DNA from: Eledone cirrhosa
Taxonomy: Eukaryota
Assembly: GCA_964016885.1 (NCBI GenBank)
Contig: OZ024742.1
Location: 223,572,001-223,636,000 of the forward strand
Reading direction: 5' to 3'
DNA: 64,000 nt
Shown here: positions 1 through 13,238 of the stretch, piece by piece
How the letters are laid out: each line of letters begins with the position of its first letter
How positions within the stretch are numbered: the stretch's first letter is position 1
The notes under the pieces: model-generated
Told to the model about the DNA's origin: nothing
Seen by the model: only the letters and a program-made list of their open reading frames with translations
Database searches by the model: none
Translations under genes and position numbers: made by a program

Positions 1-250
1 TAACCCTTTAGCATTTACATTACTCTATATTTATATTTACTCTATATTACTCTATATATTATATTTTCACAGTAAAGGCTTTATCTTACATAGTTATCTC
101 ACATAATATCAAATCTATGAGATTTTGATATTATTTAATTTGAGAACAATACCTCAACATAAGTATAAGCAGCCAGTTATGGCCGGTTTGAACAGAAAAA
201 GGTGAGAGAATTCTGGCCTGATATGGGCGGTTTAAATGTTAAAGGGTTAA
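1..250. mobile_element. piggyBac-like MITE
   Basis: (T)TAA CCCTTTAGCATTTA ... TAAATGTTAAAGGG TTAA; relatives at 17917-18145, 48624-48852, 49364-49591. Confidence 0.75.
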
Positions 251-714
251 ACTGCATTTTCATTTATTCTACAGGTATCTTTTAGGCTTAAGTCGACGTA
301 AAGTATTGGAAAAAATGTTAGTGTATTTAAAGGGAGCAATCAGTGTAATACTGATCTTTGACAAATATTAAAATATTTGACAAGTCATACTATGAGGTAT
401 GCCTCTGTGATCATGTAGTTCCAAGCCTATGGGCCTAATGATTTATATTAATGGTTTAATGATCCAGCAATTATAGTGTTTCTCACCCAAGATAATCAAA
501 GACAGATCATACATCTGAAAAAGTTTCTTTTTTCACTCTCTTACGACAGCTTATCTGACTTTAATAGAAAGTGCTCCTAGTCCAGGTAGTACCCCCTTTT
601 CACGTGGCGCCCATGGCATGGGCCATGGGCGCCATGCCCTAGATACGCCTCTGCATCCAATCCATGCCAGCATGGAAAGCAGATGTAAAAATGTTGCTGG
701 TGATGATTATGATT

Positions 715-897
715 TGGCAATATCGGTAGAGGGTCGGACGCCATGCTTTCTAGCATAGTTACGTCCCTTTACATTCTGAGTTCAAATCCCGCCGAGGTTA
801 ACTTTGCCTTTCATCCTTACGGGGTCGATAAAATAAAGTACCAGTAATGCACTGGGTAATTGCTGGCCTTGTGCCTAAAGTAGAAACAATTATTATT
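715..897 (+). mobile_element. tRNA-derived SINE with GCCTTTCATCCTT..GGTCGATAAAAT core (MetaSINE-like)
   Basis: B-box GAGTTCAAATCCC and conserved core; other copies at 22215-22545, 41420-41600, 12140-12470, 27860-28010, 40555-40710. Confidence 0.7.
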
Positions 898-1402
898 ATT
901 TTTTTAATTTAATTCAATTATACAAATTTGTATAAAACTGTGCTCATTTCAGGTTCAGTAATGTATCTGTCTATGATCTGTGCCCTAGATGGCTGCCTAG
1001 TTGGCCTTAATGGTAGTGTCGGCCCCGTCTAGAGGTTTTGGGAAACTCATGAGCGCCAAGTTTCCTCTTCTGGGTGAGATACAGAAATAGAAAATAAATA
1101 AAATAAAACGTTTGTTGTTAATGGTATAGAAAAGTCATAACATCACAACATCCAGTTTTTTTCCATTCCCATCATCTTAAACATAAAGTTATAAAGCTGA
1201 TTATGGGTCTTACCGCCTGACTATAATAAATACATTTACCTGATTCTGATTCATGATAAAACTTACAAAAGGTGTCATTATTCTAAGGTATGTTATTGTT
1301 GCCTGAGAATTCTGTCGAATAATTGAACACTTCAATAAGGCTTATTCTTTTCTTGTCTCTCCCCCTGTACCTCCCCTCTCTCTCTCTCTTTCTCTTGCTA
1401 TA

Positions 1403-1439
<37 letters not shown>

Positions 1440-1528
1440 TCATTGTCGTTTAACGTCTATTTTCCACTCCACGTTAGCATGGGTTAGATGGGTTGTCCCA
1501 TTAGAGGCAAATTGGGTCAGGTGACCGG

Positions 1529-3278
1529 ATCATCATCATCATCATCATCATCATCATTTTATGTCCGCTTTTCCCTGCTTGCAAGGGTGGGATGGGTCTT
1601 ATTAAGCACAGCATCTCTCCACTCGTCACAGTCCTTCGTCATCTCAACCGTGAGCTTCAACGATCTGAGGTCTGTTCTCACCACCTCCGCCCATGTTTTT
1701 CGTGGTCTACCTCTACCACGTCTTCCTTCAACTGGCATTTCCTGGCACTTCTTCACCCATTGGTCATCCTCCATGCGCATCACATGTCCATACCACCTCA
1801 GTCTCCTCTCCCGTACACTACATTCTATCCCTCTCAGACACAGTTTCTCTCTCAACGCATTCATGCTGGGCCGTTCACATACATTTACACTGCACATCCA
1901 AAGGAACATGCTTGCCTCATTTCTCTCCAGCCGTCGCAAGACCTCTGCAATTGCTGCCCATGTCTAACTACCATGCAGCATCGCGCTCCTCACACAGGCA
2001 TCGTACAACCACCAGCCTTTCGTACGCAGGGAGAAACCCTTCTTCGTCAGCAGAGGAAGCAGCTCCCTAAACTTCTTCCAACCCGTCCTTATTCTAGATA
2101 CTATGGCCTCGGAACACCCTCCTCCCATGCTAATCTGATCTCCTAGGTACCAGAAGCTATCCACCACTTCTATAGCGCTCTCCTGCATTTGAAAAATGTG
2201 TCTATCAATGCGACTTCTACTGTCAAATTTCCCTGTACATCTACTGCATACATATTTCTCCCTACCTGTTAGTTTGCCTGCTATCCCACTACATCTCTTG
2301 TGTACCCAGGGTCTGCATTGTGTGCATTTTATAGAATTTATGCCAGTTCCTTTTCTGCATATCGAACATGGCCATTTCCCTGATGGAATCAGAGTTTTGT
2401 CCTCTTTTTTACTCATCAACACTTTTGTCTTAGCTAGGTTTACTCTCAGTCCTCTTGCTTCCAACTGCTGTTTCCATAGCCAGAATTTATTCTCTAGCTC
2501 CTCTACTGATTCTGCTATAAGAACCAGATCGTCAGCATAGAGACGTTCCCATGGACAGCCAGTCTTAAACTCCTCTGTTATAGCTTGGAGGACTATAATG
2601 AACAAGAGCGGGCTGAGGACCGAACCTTGATGTGCTCCTACTTGTATCTGGAATTCCTCACTAAACTCCATTCCTACCCTGACTTTACTGACAGCACCTC
2701 TGTACAAAGTTTGCACTGTCCTCACAAGCCATTCCTCAACACCTAGCTTCCTTAGGGACCACCAGATGACAGATCGGGGTACCCTATCAAAGGCCTTCTC
2801 TAGGTCAACAAAGGCTAAGTATAGTGGCTTATTCTTCTCTAAGAACCTCTCTTGCAATTGTCTCACCAAGAAGAGGGCATCTGTTGTACTCTTCCCAGGC
2901 ACAAAACCAAACTGCATCTCATCTAGTTTGACCCTTTCTCTAATTAGTTGTGCTAATATCCTTTCTGCCACTTTCATAACCTAATCCATCAGTTTTATAC
3001 CCCTATAATTGCTCCTCTCCAGAGCATCCCCTTTACCTTTGTAGCAATTTATGATCATCCTGCTGCACCAGTCTTTGGGTATGACACCACCATATATAGC
3101 CTGATTGATGATGCGTGCAACCAGTTTAGTGCCTACGTCCCCTGATGCCTTCAGCATCTCAGCAACTATTCCCGATGGTCCAGCAGCCTTACCATTTTTC
3201 GTTTCCTTAATCGCCTCTTGGACCCTATATTCATCAATCTCAATAGCTGGTCCCTCTGTCGGATCTACTAAGGGTAAT
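1529..3278 (-). mobile_element. 5'-truncated RTE LINE (family B)
   Basis: RT ORF 1964-2977 with YADD and finger; C-terminus ...ASREKRT* directly followed by a (GAT)n tail. Confidence 0.93.
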
Positions 3279-3300
3279 TATATATATATATATATATATA

Positions 3301-3925
3301 TCATCATCATCATCGTTTAACGTCTATCTTCCATGCTAGCATAGGTTAGACGGGAATTGTCCCACTTGAGGCAAGATTGATTGTATGACCGTGCCTCACT
3401 TGTATAGGACTATATCTGGCAGGTTTTCTATGGCTGGATGCTCTTCCTAACATCAACCCCATTTATAGTGTGGCTGGGAGACTTTTTACCGTGTCTCCTA
3501 CACGACCACTTTATAACGTGGACTGGGTGCTTTTTTGTCGTGACAACTACACAACTGCTTTAGTTTGGACTGGATGTTCTGTGATACCAACATAACTTTA
3601 CAGAGAAAGGGTGGTATTGGTGGGAGTGGGAGGATGGAGTAGGGGTAGTGGGTTGGGGTATGTATTCGGTTAAGAGGTGCCTACTGATTATAGGTTTAAC
3701 TTCGTATGTAGGGAAGGCAGGTCTTCTATATTACTGCGTAGCGCTAAAGGTCTCAATCCAGTGACATTGTCTTAGGAAGGTGTAAGTGTGCAAGGTTGGA
3801 TTTTATCATGTCATCCCAGGTTTTTCTGGATCTACCTACTCCGTAACTTCCATCAATTTTGATCGCCCTGCACTTTTTTATACAGCTGTCATCTTTCATG
3901 CGCAACACATGACCATACCAATGAT
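3301..3925 (-). mobile_element. RTE family C-like 3' fragment
   Basis: WYGHVLRMKDDSCIKKC plus a 3' UTR like 54813-55320. Confidence 0.8.
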
Positions 3926-3981
3926 TTTGTATATATATATATATTATATATATGCAAATATATGTATATATATAATACAGT

Positions 3982-4416
3982 ATCATCATCATCATTTTTC
4001 GTCCGCTTTTCCCTGCTTGCAAGGGTTGGACGGGTCCTATTCAGCACAGCTTCTCTCCACTTGTCACGGTCCCTCGTCATCTCCTCCGTGAGTTTCAGCG
4101 ATCGGAGGTCTGCTCTCACCACCTCCACCCATGTTTTTCGTGGTCTACTCTACTACATCTTCCTTCTACTGGGATTTCTTGGCACTTCTTTACCCATCGG
4201 TCATCCTCCATGCACATCACATGTCCATACCATCTCAGCCTTCTCTCCTGGACACCACAACTTATCCCTCTTATACCCAGTTTCTTTCTCAACTTTTCTA
4301 TGCTCGGTCGTTCTTGCACATTGACATTGTACATCCAACGGAGCATGCTTACTTCATTTCTCTCCAGCCATCGCATATCCTCTGCAGTTGCTGCCCATGT
4401 CTCACTACCATGCAGA
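3982..4416 (-). mobile_element. RTE family B-like 3' fragment
   Basis: ERNEVSMLRWM...RLRWYGHV...ASREKRT plus (GAT)n. Confidence 0.85.
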
Positions 4417-4600
4417 AAGACTCCTCTTTCTCTGTTTGGTTGAGCACACTTCGAGTGGTTTTTGGGCTGCCCTTTCTAGCAGCTCGTCCCTCAGATACCA
4501 CTGGTTCACTGCCCTAAACACACTGTGACATCTCTCTCTGCCACGTGTAGCTGGACGGCCGCTTTAGATTCTCTTCGAGCTGTCTGTAATGTATAGTATT

Positions 4601-4671
4601 GCACGCGTTGATGAGCCATTTCAGTCAACAACTTCCTGGCGAAACAGATCTCTTTGGATTTGTACGGGTGT
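4601..4671 (+). ncRNA. Type I hammerhead-like motif with C3U core change
   Basis: GCACGCG TTGATGA GCCA..18 nt..TGGC GAAAC AGATC tctttg GATTT GTA CGGGTGT: stems I-III pair, GUA triplet. Confidence 0.7.
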
Positions 4672-5698
4672 GTTATATAGTTATAGAGGTGCGTATATAC
4701 ATTTTAATTTATATTTTTAATTATTGTGTGTCTACCCTGCCTTCCATAGAGTATAGACCCCATACACTGGTGGTTTTCCCTGCTTTTTTGATGGCACACT
4801 ATCTCTCTCTAGTGTGTTACCCTTTCAACATATTGTATTTTAAAGAGCTCAGGATTCCTGTTCCTTTGAGCACATTATTGACAGGGAATAACGAGAGTCT
4901 ATGGCTCCGTTAATTTATCGTGGTATATATATAGAGAGAGAGAGAGTGGGAGGGATTGTCCTAATGAGAACCAGTTAAGTTTGAAATATATCGACGATTG
5001 TCACCCTTGCTTCTGCTGGACACTGCCAGAGGGTGTTAGCCCCAGTGTTTTTTGCATAGCTATGGCTTTCTAAATGTTTATCTATAAACATACCATGTTT
5101 CTTTAGAAATACGAAATTTTTATACATATCTGTATACAGCTGAACCTGAAGCTAAATTCTAATTCTATTATATATATATGTGTGTGTGGACCTATCGATT
5201 CATATATTGATAGGTCTCAATTTTATAGATTGAATTGTGATATTGTCCTCTGAAACAATTGTAAACAAATAAATAATTTTTCGAGAATTTGGTTGTATTT
5301 TCTCCTACTGTAATTGTGATATATATATATAAACGTATATATATATTTGCCTTGGGTTTAACGTGATTTCACCATGTGCTTCTCAGCATGATGGTCCCAT
5401 TTGGCATCGGTGTGGATATTGTCTTATTTACCATCTTCATTCTATATTTCCCTTAGAATGGTGAAACTAAACATCTGAAGAGTACCTGAGTCTCATGTGG
5501 TTTAATGATAATCAATAGTTTGTGTTCGATGATCGATTATATAGATTGATTTTGAACTACACTCTCCAGGTATGAAATAGCGCTATAAGGTTTCACTTAT
5601 GATTCCACCTGTGTACATATTCTTCTATAGACTATCTATTTGGTGTATATACAATATACCGTGTTTCGTATATGATATATGGCTTCTTCTCTCTATAC

Positions 5699-5736
<38 letters not shown>

Positions 5737-5904
5737 ATTAGAGTTAACACTCATTGTCGTTAATATTATGATGTTCCCTGCTGTATTAGCGTTAAATTTT
5801 CCCTGCTGTATTAGCGATAAATTTTCGAGGGTTTCTCTTAGTAGCTTTTTTCATGACGTTATTATTGTTAATTTTACTGATGTAGTATTAACTTGGATAT
5901 TTAC

Positions 5905-8900
5905 CATGCGACCCTCAGTTCCTACCTCACAATTTCCCTCCCCCCCCACCCCCACACACCACCATAGTCTATTCGACCAATCAAGCCTAGCATGCCATTT
6001 CCACTGCTGCTGCTGCTACTACCTGCCTAACTAACTCTCTCCTCCTCTGGCGCATCCCAACACACCCTGCCATTACCCCACCACCACTGTCCTTCTAGCC
6101 CTCAATTTTCCCACCGTTATGGATGGATGAGCTGGGAATACACGAGCAACTCTGAATCAATAGATGAAATATGAATCTGCAAGCTACCAAGCACCCACGT
6201 GAAGCGCCAACCCAGAGACCCTCCCCTACGAGTGTCGACAAATGCCCAAAACTCCGAGTTGGTACCATCAATGTAGGCTCAATGAAAGGAAGAGCAGGAG
6301 AAATCGTAGAAATGCTAGAGCGAAAGGAAGTTGATGTATGCTGTGTGCAAGAGACTAGATGGAGAGGAGGGTCTGCTAGAGTCCTTGTAGGAAAAAGCCA
6401 GTGCTACAAATTTTTCTGGGTGGGAAATGACGATGGGATGGGTGGTGTAGGTATACTATTAGCTGACAAGTGAGTAGATAAAGTAATCTCAGTGTACAGG
6501 GTAAATGCAAGAATCATTAAACTCAGACTAGTCCTGAATAAGACAATTACCACAATAATATCAGCTTACGCACCCCAATCGGGGCTGCCAGACGAACTTA
6601 AGGATAGGTTTTACGAGTCCCTAATACACACTACTGCTCTAACAGACGACAAGGACTTCCTAATCATTGCAGGAGATTTTAACGGACACGTAGGTAAACA
6701 CTGCGACAGCTTCAATAGAGTACATGGAGGCCATGGAGTTGGCACAAGGAATGAGGAAGGATTCAGACTTCTAGAATTCTGCGACGCCAATGACATGTCG
6801 ATATGTAACACAAACTTTAAAAAACCCGACAACCACCTGATCACCTATAGATCAGGGGAGCACTCTAGTCAGTTAGATTTTATCCTCATCAGAGGACGTG
6901 ACAGATGGACGGTCGTAAACACAAAAGCCTTCCCTAGTGAGGAATGTACATCCCAACATAGCTTAGTTGTCAGCGACCTCACGGTCAGAACTAGACGAGC
7001 CCTGAAACAGAGGCCAACCTGGAGAAGAAAGATCTGGAAGCTGAAAGTCCCCTCAACCAGTAACAGATTTAAAGATATTTTACTCAACGCCTACGACAGT
7101 AAAGAAGAACAGATAGAGACATTTAACGTAGAAGAGAACTGGGAGTTCCTAAAAAATAACTTACTAGAGGCGACGGATGAGGTTTGTGGCTGGAGTAAGA
7201 CCTCAAGCAGGAGGAGAGTGACTTGGTGGTGGAACAATAAGGTAGATGAAGCAGTCAAGGCCAAGAGACAGGCATGGAAAGAATGGAAGAACGGGGGGAG
7301 CAGGGTACATTACATAGAGACCAAGAGGGAAGCTAGGCGACAAGTATACTTAGCTAGGAGGGAAGCAGAGGATAGAAAATTCAAGCATGTTTTACAACGT
7401 GAGGACCAGAAACAGGAGGTATTCAAGATTGCGAGGCAGTGTGTCAGAGATAGTTGTGATGTCATTGGAGAGAAGTGTATCCGGAATGATAAAGGTGAGC
7501 TTGCCCTCACAAGTGCTGAGAAGAAAGATGCATGGAAGAGTCATTATGATAGATTACTAAATGAGGAGAATGCATGGGAAGAAGAGACCCTACCCCACGT
7601 AGACCCTATAGAGGGACCAGCAGTACAAGTCAGCGGCAGCGTAGTAAGTAAGGCAATCAGAGATATGAAGATAGGGAAGGCAACCGGTCCATCGGGTATA
7701 GCTGCCGAGATGCTGAAGGCATCTGGGTCTGTAGGTCACACTATAACCACACGTATCGTTAACCAGGTAATACTAGAGGGGGCCATACCAAAAGATTGGT
7801 GCAGTAGCATCATTGTCAACTGCTACAAAGGTAAAGGCGATGCACTAGATAGAGGAAACTATAGAGGTATAAAGTTGATGGACCAGGTCATGAAAGTAAC
7901 AGAAAGAGTTATAGCACAGCTGATTAGGGACCGGGTGAATATAGACGAGATGCAATTTGGGTTTGTACCAGGGAAAGGCACCACTGATGCGCTCTTCCTT
8001 GTGAGGCAATTACAGGAAAAGTACCTAGCTAAAAGTAAGCCACTCTACTTGGCATTTGTCGACCTTGAGAAAGCCTTTGACAGAGTTCCACGTGCAGTAA
8101 TCTGGTGGGCTCTTAGAAAACTAGGAGTAGATGAATGGCTTGTGAAAGCGGTACAAGCCATGTATAGGGGAGCAGTCAGCAAAGTTAGGATTGGCAATGA
8201 GTATAGCGAGGAATTTAGCGTACAGGTTGGGGTCCACCAGGGCTCTGTTCTTAGCCCTCTCCTGTTCATCATAGTCCTGCAGGCAATAACGGAGGAGTTT
8301 AAGACCGGATGCCCATGGGAACTCCTGTATGCTGATGACCTCGCACTCATAGCTGAATCTATGGTAGAACTAGAGAATAAATTCCAAACCTGGAAGCAGG
8401 GACTAGAGAGAAAGGGCCTCAAAGTCAACATGACAAAGACTAAGGTCCTTATAAGTAGACGAGAAAACAGAACCCAGATCCCCTCAGGGAAATGGCCTTG
8501 CTCAGTATGTAGGAAAGGTGTAGGTAGGAACTCCATTCTTTGCCCCAAATGCAAACAATGGGTACACAAGAGATGTAGCGGGATCTCAGGAAGCTTAATT
8601 AAGAATGTAGGATTCACATGCAGCAGCTGTGCTGAAACAGCAAGCAAACAGCCACAGGAAACAAGTACCACCAATCTCTGGGAGGGCCCTGTAGAAACAG
8701 TAGACAGCTTCTGCTACCTAGGTGACCGAATTAGCAACGGAGGTGGGTGCTCAGAAAGTACAATAACTAGGGTAAGAACGGGATGGAAGAAGTTTAGGGA
8801 ACTACTACCACTGCTAGCTGCAAAAGGCTTCTCCCTCAGAATGAAAGGCAGACTGTATGATGCGTGTATCCGAACAGCGATGTTGCATGGTAGTGAGACC

Positions 8901-9591
8901 TGGGCGCTGAAGGTGGAAGACCTACGTAGATTAGAGAGAAACGAAGCCTGCATGCTCCGATGGATGTGTAAGAGTAATATACGTGAACGACAAAGCATAA
9001 ATGAATTGAGAGAGAGACTGAGCATAAGAGGAATCAAATGCTGCGTGCAGGAGAGGCGGTTACGCTGGTATGGACATGTGATGCGTATGAAGGATGACAG
9101 CTGCATAAAAAGGTGCAGAGCACTAGAAGTTGATGGAAACCGCGGAGTGGGGAGACCCAAGATGACTTGGGATGAGGTGATAAAAGCCGACCTTACCCAA
9201 CTACACCTCTCAAAGTCAATGACACACGACCGTGACTTCTGGCGTCACGCAGTAATACAGGGTACCCGACCTCCCATGGGTACATGCTGAAGCATATAAA
9301 CAATATGCCCCCACACCCACCGCAAGGTGGTCGTGGAGGTGCCACGGCAAAAAAGCACCCAGCCCACACTGTAAAGTGGACGTGTAGGCGCCACGAAAAA
9401 GCACCCAGCACTCACTGTAAATGAGGTTGGTGTTAGGAAGGGCATCCAGCTGTAGAAATCAAGCCAGATCAGTTCCTGTATGAGCAAGGCATGGTCAGCC
9501 GACCAGACACTGCCCACAACAGGACAACCCGTCTAACCCATGCTAGCGTGGAAGAACGGACGTAAAACGGTGATGATGATGATGATGATGA
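5905..9591 (+). mobile_element. Near full-length RTE-clade LINE (family A)
   Basis: APE motifs (GTINVG, VQETRW, AYAPQ, GDFNGH, QLDFIL), RT motifs (QFGF, FVDLEKAFD, GVHQGSVLSP, YADD), Cys/His finger, RLRWYGHV; 3' UTR ends in (GAT)n; 5' boundary approximate. Confidence 0.95.
6171..9290 (+). pseudogene. RTE APE-RT ORF interrupted by a single in-frame TGA at 6471-6473
   Basis: ORFs 6171-6473 and 6492-9290 share a frame; ADK*VDKV sits where W (TGG) is expected. Confidence 0.9.
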
Positions 9592-9879
9592 CTCAATTGG
9601 AACCCTGCAACTATTAAGCTCCAAGTATAAATACTGAGCTGATAAATAATATATAGTAAGAAACACAGTAAACCGTGTGTCTAAAATTACAAGGGTTGAA
9701 AAACCACATTTGTTTGAAAAGGGCGAAACAGATTAGGGATAATCTGTCCGAGAGATATAATGGTTATTGAGGCGGTTTGTATATTTTATCATTCTGTCTG
9801 CTTCTTGGTTAAATATTTCAAACAAATGTGGTTTTTCAACCCTTGTAATTTTAGACACACGGTTTACTGTGTTTCTTAC

Positions 9880-9976
<97 letters not shown>

Positions 9977-12900
9977 ATAAATACATTATCGGAGAAAGCT
10001 TTTTAGCGATACTCCAGCCAAATTCCAACTCACTCAACAAACATTAGGAAATAAGTGAGTATATTCCTAATTATGCGTTTGGGGTGCTAATTAAATGTAT
10101 TGTGTGGAAAATTGGCTGTATTATTTCATATGAGACATATCAAATATATCTACATATATATACACATATACACACACACACACCCACACACACACATAAA
10201 TACATACATACATATATATATATATTTATATATATACATATGTAAACGAAACTTCCTCGTTTTTTCTATTATATTCACTCTGAATATAATAGAAAGAACG
10301 AGGAAGTTTCGTTTACATGTGAAAAATATTTATTGCGTATCGACTGCATTGCCACCCCACAAATTACATCAGGATATACACATATGCCTACGCATACAAA
10401 TTTACATATATATATATAGATATATATATATATATATACTGTATATATATATGTGTGTGTGTGTGTGTGTATTTGTACTCCTCTTGTTACCATTTCTTTT
10501 CTATCTCATTCTATCTTTCATTTGTTTCTACCATTGTCTCTTTCTCTCTTCACCTCTTTCTGGCTTATTCAGAGATATTTTACAATTCTGCCCTTAACCA
10601 TGTGCCAACCCTGACACATGGTCTTTTGCTGAAAATATTCACCCAACATAGACTAAAGGAAAAGGAAAAAGGTTAAAAATTATATCTGAATCACCCTTGA
10701 GATCGTGTAGGTGTCACGACAAAAAAACACACAGTCCACGCTGTAATGTGGCCGTGTAGGCAACACGGTAAAAACCTCCCAGACCCACACTGTAAATGTG
10801 GTTGGTGTTAGGAAAGGCATCCAGCTGTAGAAAACCCGCCAGATAGTCCTATGCGAGCAAGACAATCACTCTTGCCTCAAGTGGGACTACCCCCGTCCAA
10901 ACCCATGCAAGCGTGGAACACGGACGTTAAACGTTGATGATGATGATGATGATGATATCCTGGCTATTGTTCTCTCCAATCTATTTTTCCCCACCTCTTT
11001 CCCCCACTCTGTCTCTTTGTATATTTATGTTTGTATATGTGTATGTGTCTATGCTTATGTGTTTTGTGTATTGTTCTCAAATTGAGTACATATTTTTGTA
11101 TTTTCTTTATATCAAATTTTATTTACAATTTCAAAATGATTAAAAAAAAGATAGGGTGGTGGGTGTAGGTGGTGGTGGTGGTGGTGATGGGAGAGTAAGT
11201 AAAAAGTAAACCTGACCAAAAAATTCTTCATTAATTAACTGAAAAAAGAAATGAAAGTGATAATCACATCAGACCGAAGGAACAATGTTTCCTTTGATCT
11301 TTCCATTGCTGGCACTATCTGTTGGCAGGATTTGAACACAGAATATACAGATCCAAATCAGATACTGACACATTAACAATTACTCCAGTCCACCATGTCT
11401 AGGCTGGTACTTTATGGTCTCATAAAGGGATGAAAGGCTAAGTTGGTCTCGGTGGGACTTGAACTAGAAAAATACATTGGTATATAATTTGATGCCTCAA
11501 TAACTCAGCCATTTTGCCACATTAACTGAAGCTGGTATTTCATTTGAAATGCGGTCACAAAAAGTGTTAATATTTAAGGTGACGAATTGGCAGGGTTGTT
11601 TAACCTGACCTGAATACTTATAACAAAGTGGACTTTGCTAAAGTTACCCTAGGACTGGGTCATCATCATCATCTTCATTATCAATATTATTTCACATCTG
11701 TTTTTTTTTTCACACTCTTGCATGGGTTGGCTGGGCATTTTCCAGCACAGCTCCCAGCCATTTGTTACATTCCTTCATCATCTCTAAAAGGTTCTGTGAT
11801 TTGAGATCAATTTTTGCCACTCCTGCTCAGGTCTTCTTTGATCTTCATCTAATGCAGTTTCCTTCCATTAGGATCTCTTTGCACCTTTTCACCCAACAGT
11901 TAACATTCATACACATCATATGTTCATACCAGTGCAGTCTTCTTTCTTACACACTACATCTGATGGTCTTCAACTGAACAACTGATGAAGTCTACCACCC
12001 AATTAAGCTTCAGGTGGATTTAAACAGAGAACTCAAGGAACTTGAACAAATATTGATTTTTAATTTGGGCACACAGCCAGCAAATTTGGAGGAAGGGCAA
12101 ATTTGATTAAATGAACCTGAATACTTGATTGATAATTTATTTTAACAACCCTGGAAGGATGAAAAGCAAAGTTGACCTCAGTGAGATTTGAACGCAGAAG
12201 GTTAAGAGCCAGAACAAATGCTGCAATTGCATTTTATGTAGCATTCTACCAATTCTGTCAATCCACTACCCTAGCCAGAAAAAATATTATAAGGCACCCT
12301 ATCCAATGCTCTAAAGATTTTGCCAGGCCACTGTCTTAGATTGGTACTTTATTTATTGACTCTGGGAGGATGAAAGGTAATGTTGACCTTGGTAAGATTT
12401 GAACTCAGAACACCAGGGGCTGGAATAAATGCCATAAGTCATTTCGTCCAATGCTCTAACACTTCTACCAATTGATCAGTTAGTCTTTGATTAAATGGAC
12501 ACATGACATAAGGTTGGGTAGGGAGCATAGTTGCTTGGTTAAGAATTTTGTGGTTAAGGTACTGGTTCAAATTCTGTTGAGATCAACTTTGTCTTACATC
12601 CTTTTGAAATCAATAAATTATGTATCAATCTAGTACTGGGGGGATGATCCTTCCTCTACTTCTCTCACTTCTCACTTTCTCTTGAAGTTATCAGTCATAG
12701 AGAAGGAAGAACTCCACCAAGTTTAAAATTACTCACGATTCCATCAGGGGTTCAGGGCTCATGGATGGATTGGTGGACATGTGAAATTGTCTTCTACCTT
12801 CACTTCAGGTTGAACAAATAACAACAAGCATTTTAAGTCCGTTTTCCCTGCTGAAGTATTGTAGGACTCATGATAAACTTCTCCATTTGGTCCTATCTTC

Positions 12901-13186
12901 TGCATCCCCCCCTTCACCAACTCTGTGGTGTCTTTCTTGGTTTTCCCCAAGTAAAATTTAGCAGACAAAAACTAAATGAAATCACACCTGGAGAACCATA
13001 TATATAATAAACAAAGAAAGATGGTTTCATTTGTACATCCCTATTTATTTTGTTATATGTATTTCAAAGATGTAATGCAGTTGTATAACAACTGTCCAAC
13101 GTGTTCTCTTCAGACAAAAATCCAAACGAGATATAAATATCCATAAATATGTTACTGGTCATATGTGTTATTCCTTTTGCCGACCA

Positions 13187-13236
<50 letters not shown>

Positions 13237-13238
<2 letters not shown>

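Noticed and set aside
715-800. tRNA gene
   Set aside because: B-box only, no cloverleaf; it is the head of a multicopy SINE
6471-6473. Programmed read-through or alternative genetic code in the RTE
   Set aside because: All other Trp positions in the long ORF translate normally; a single TGG>TGA mutation is simpler
9760-10676. YIYI/THTH/CVCV-type ORFs here and throughout the window
   Set aside because: Translations of (TA)n, (CA)n and (TATG)n microsatellites
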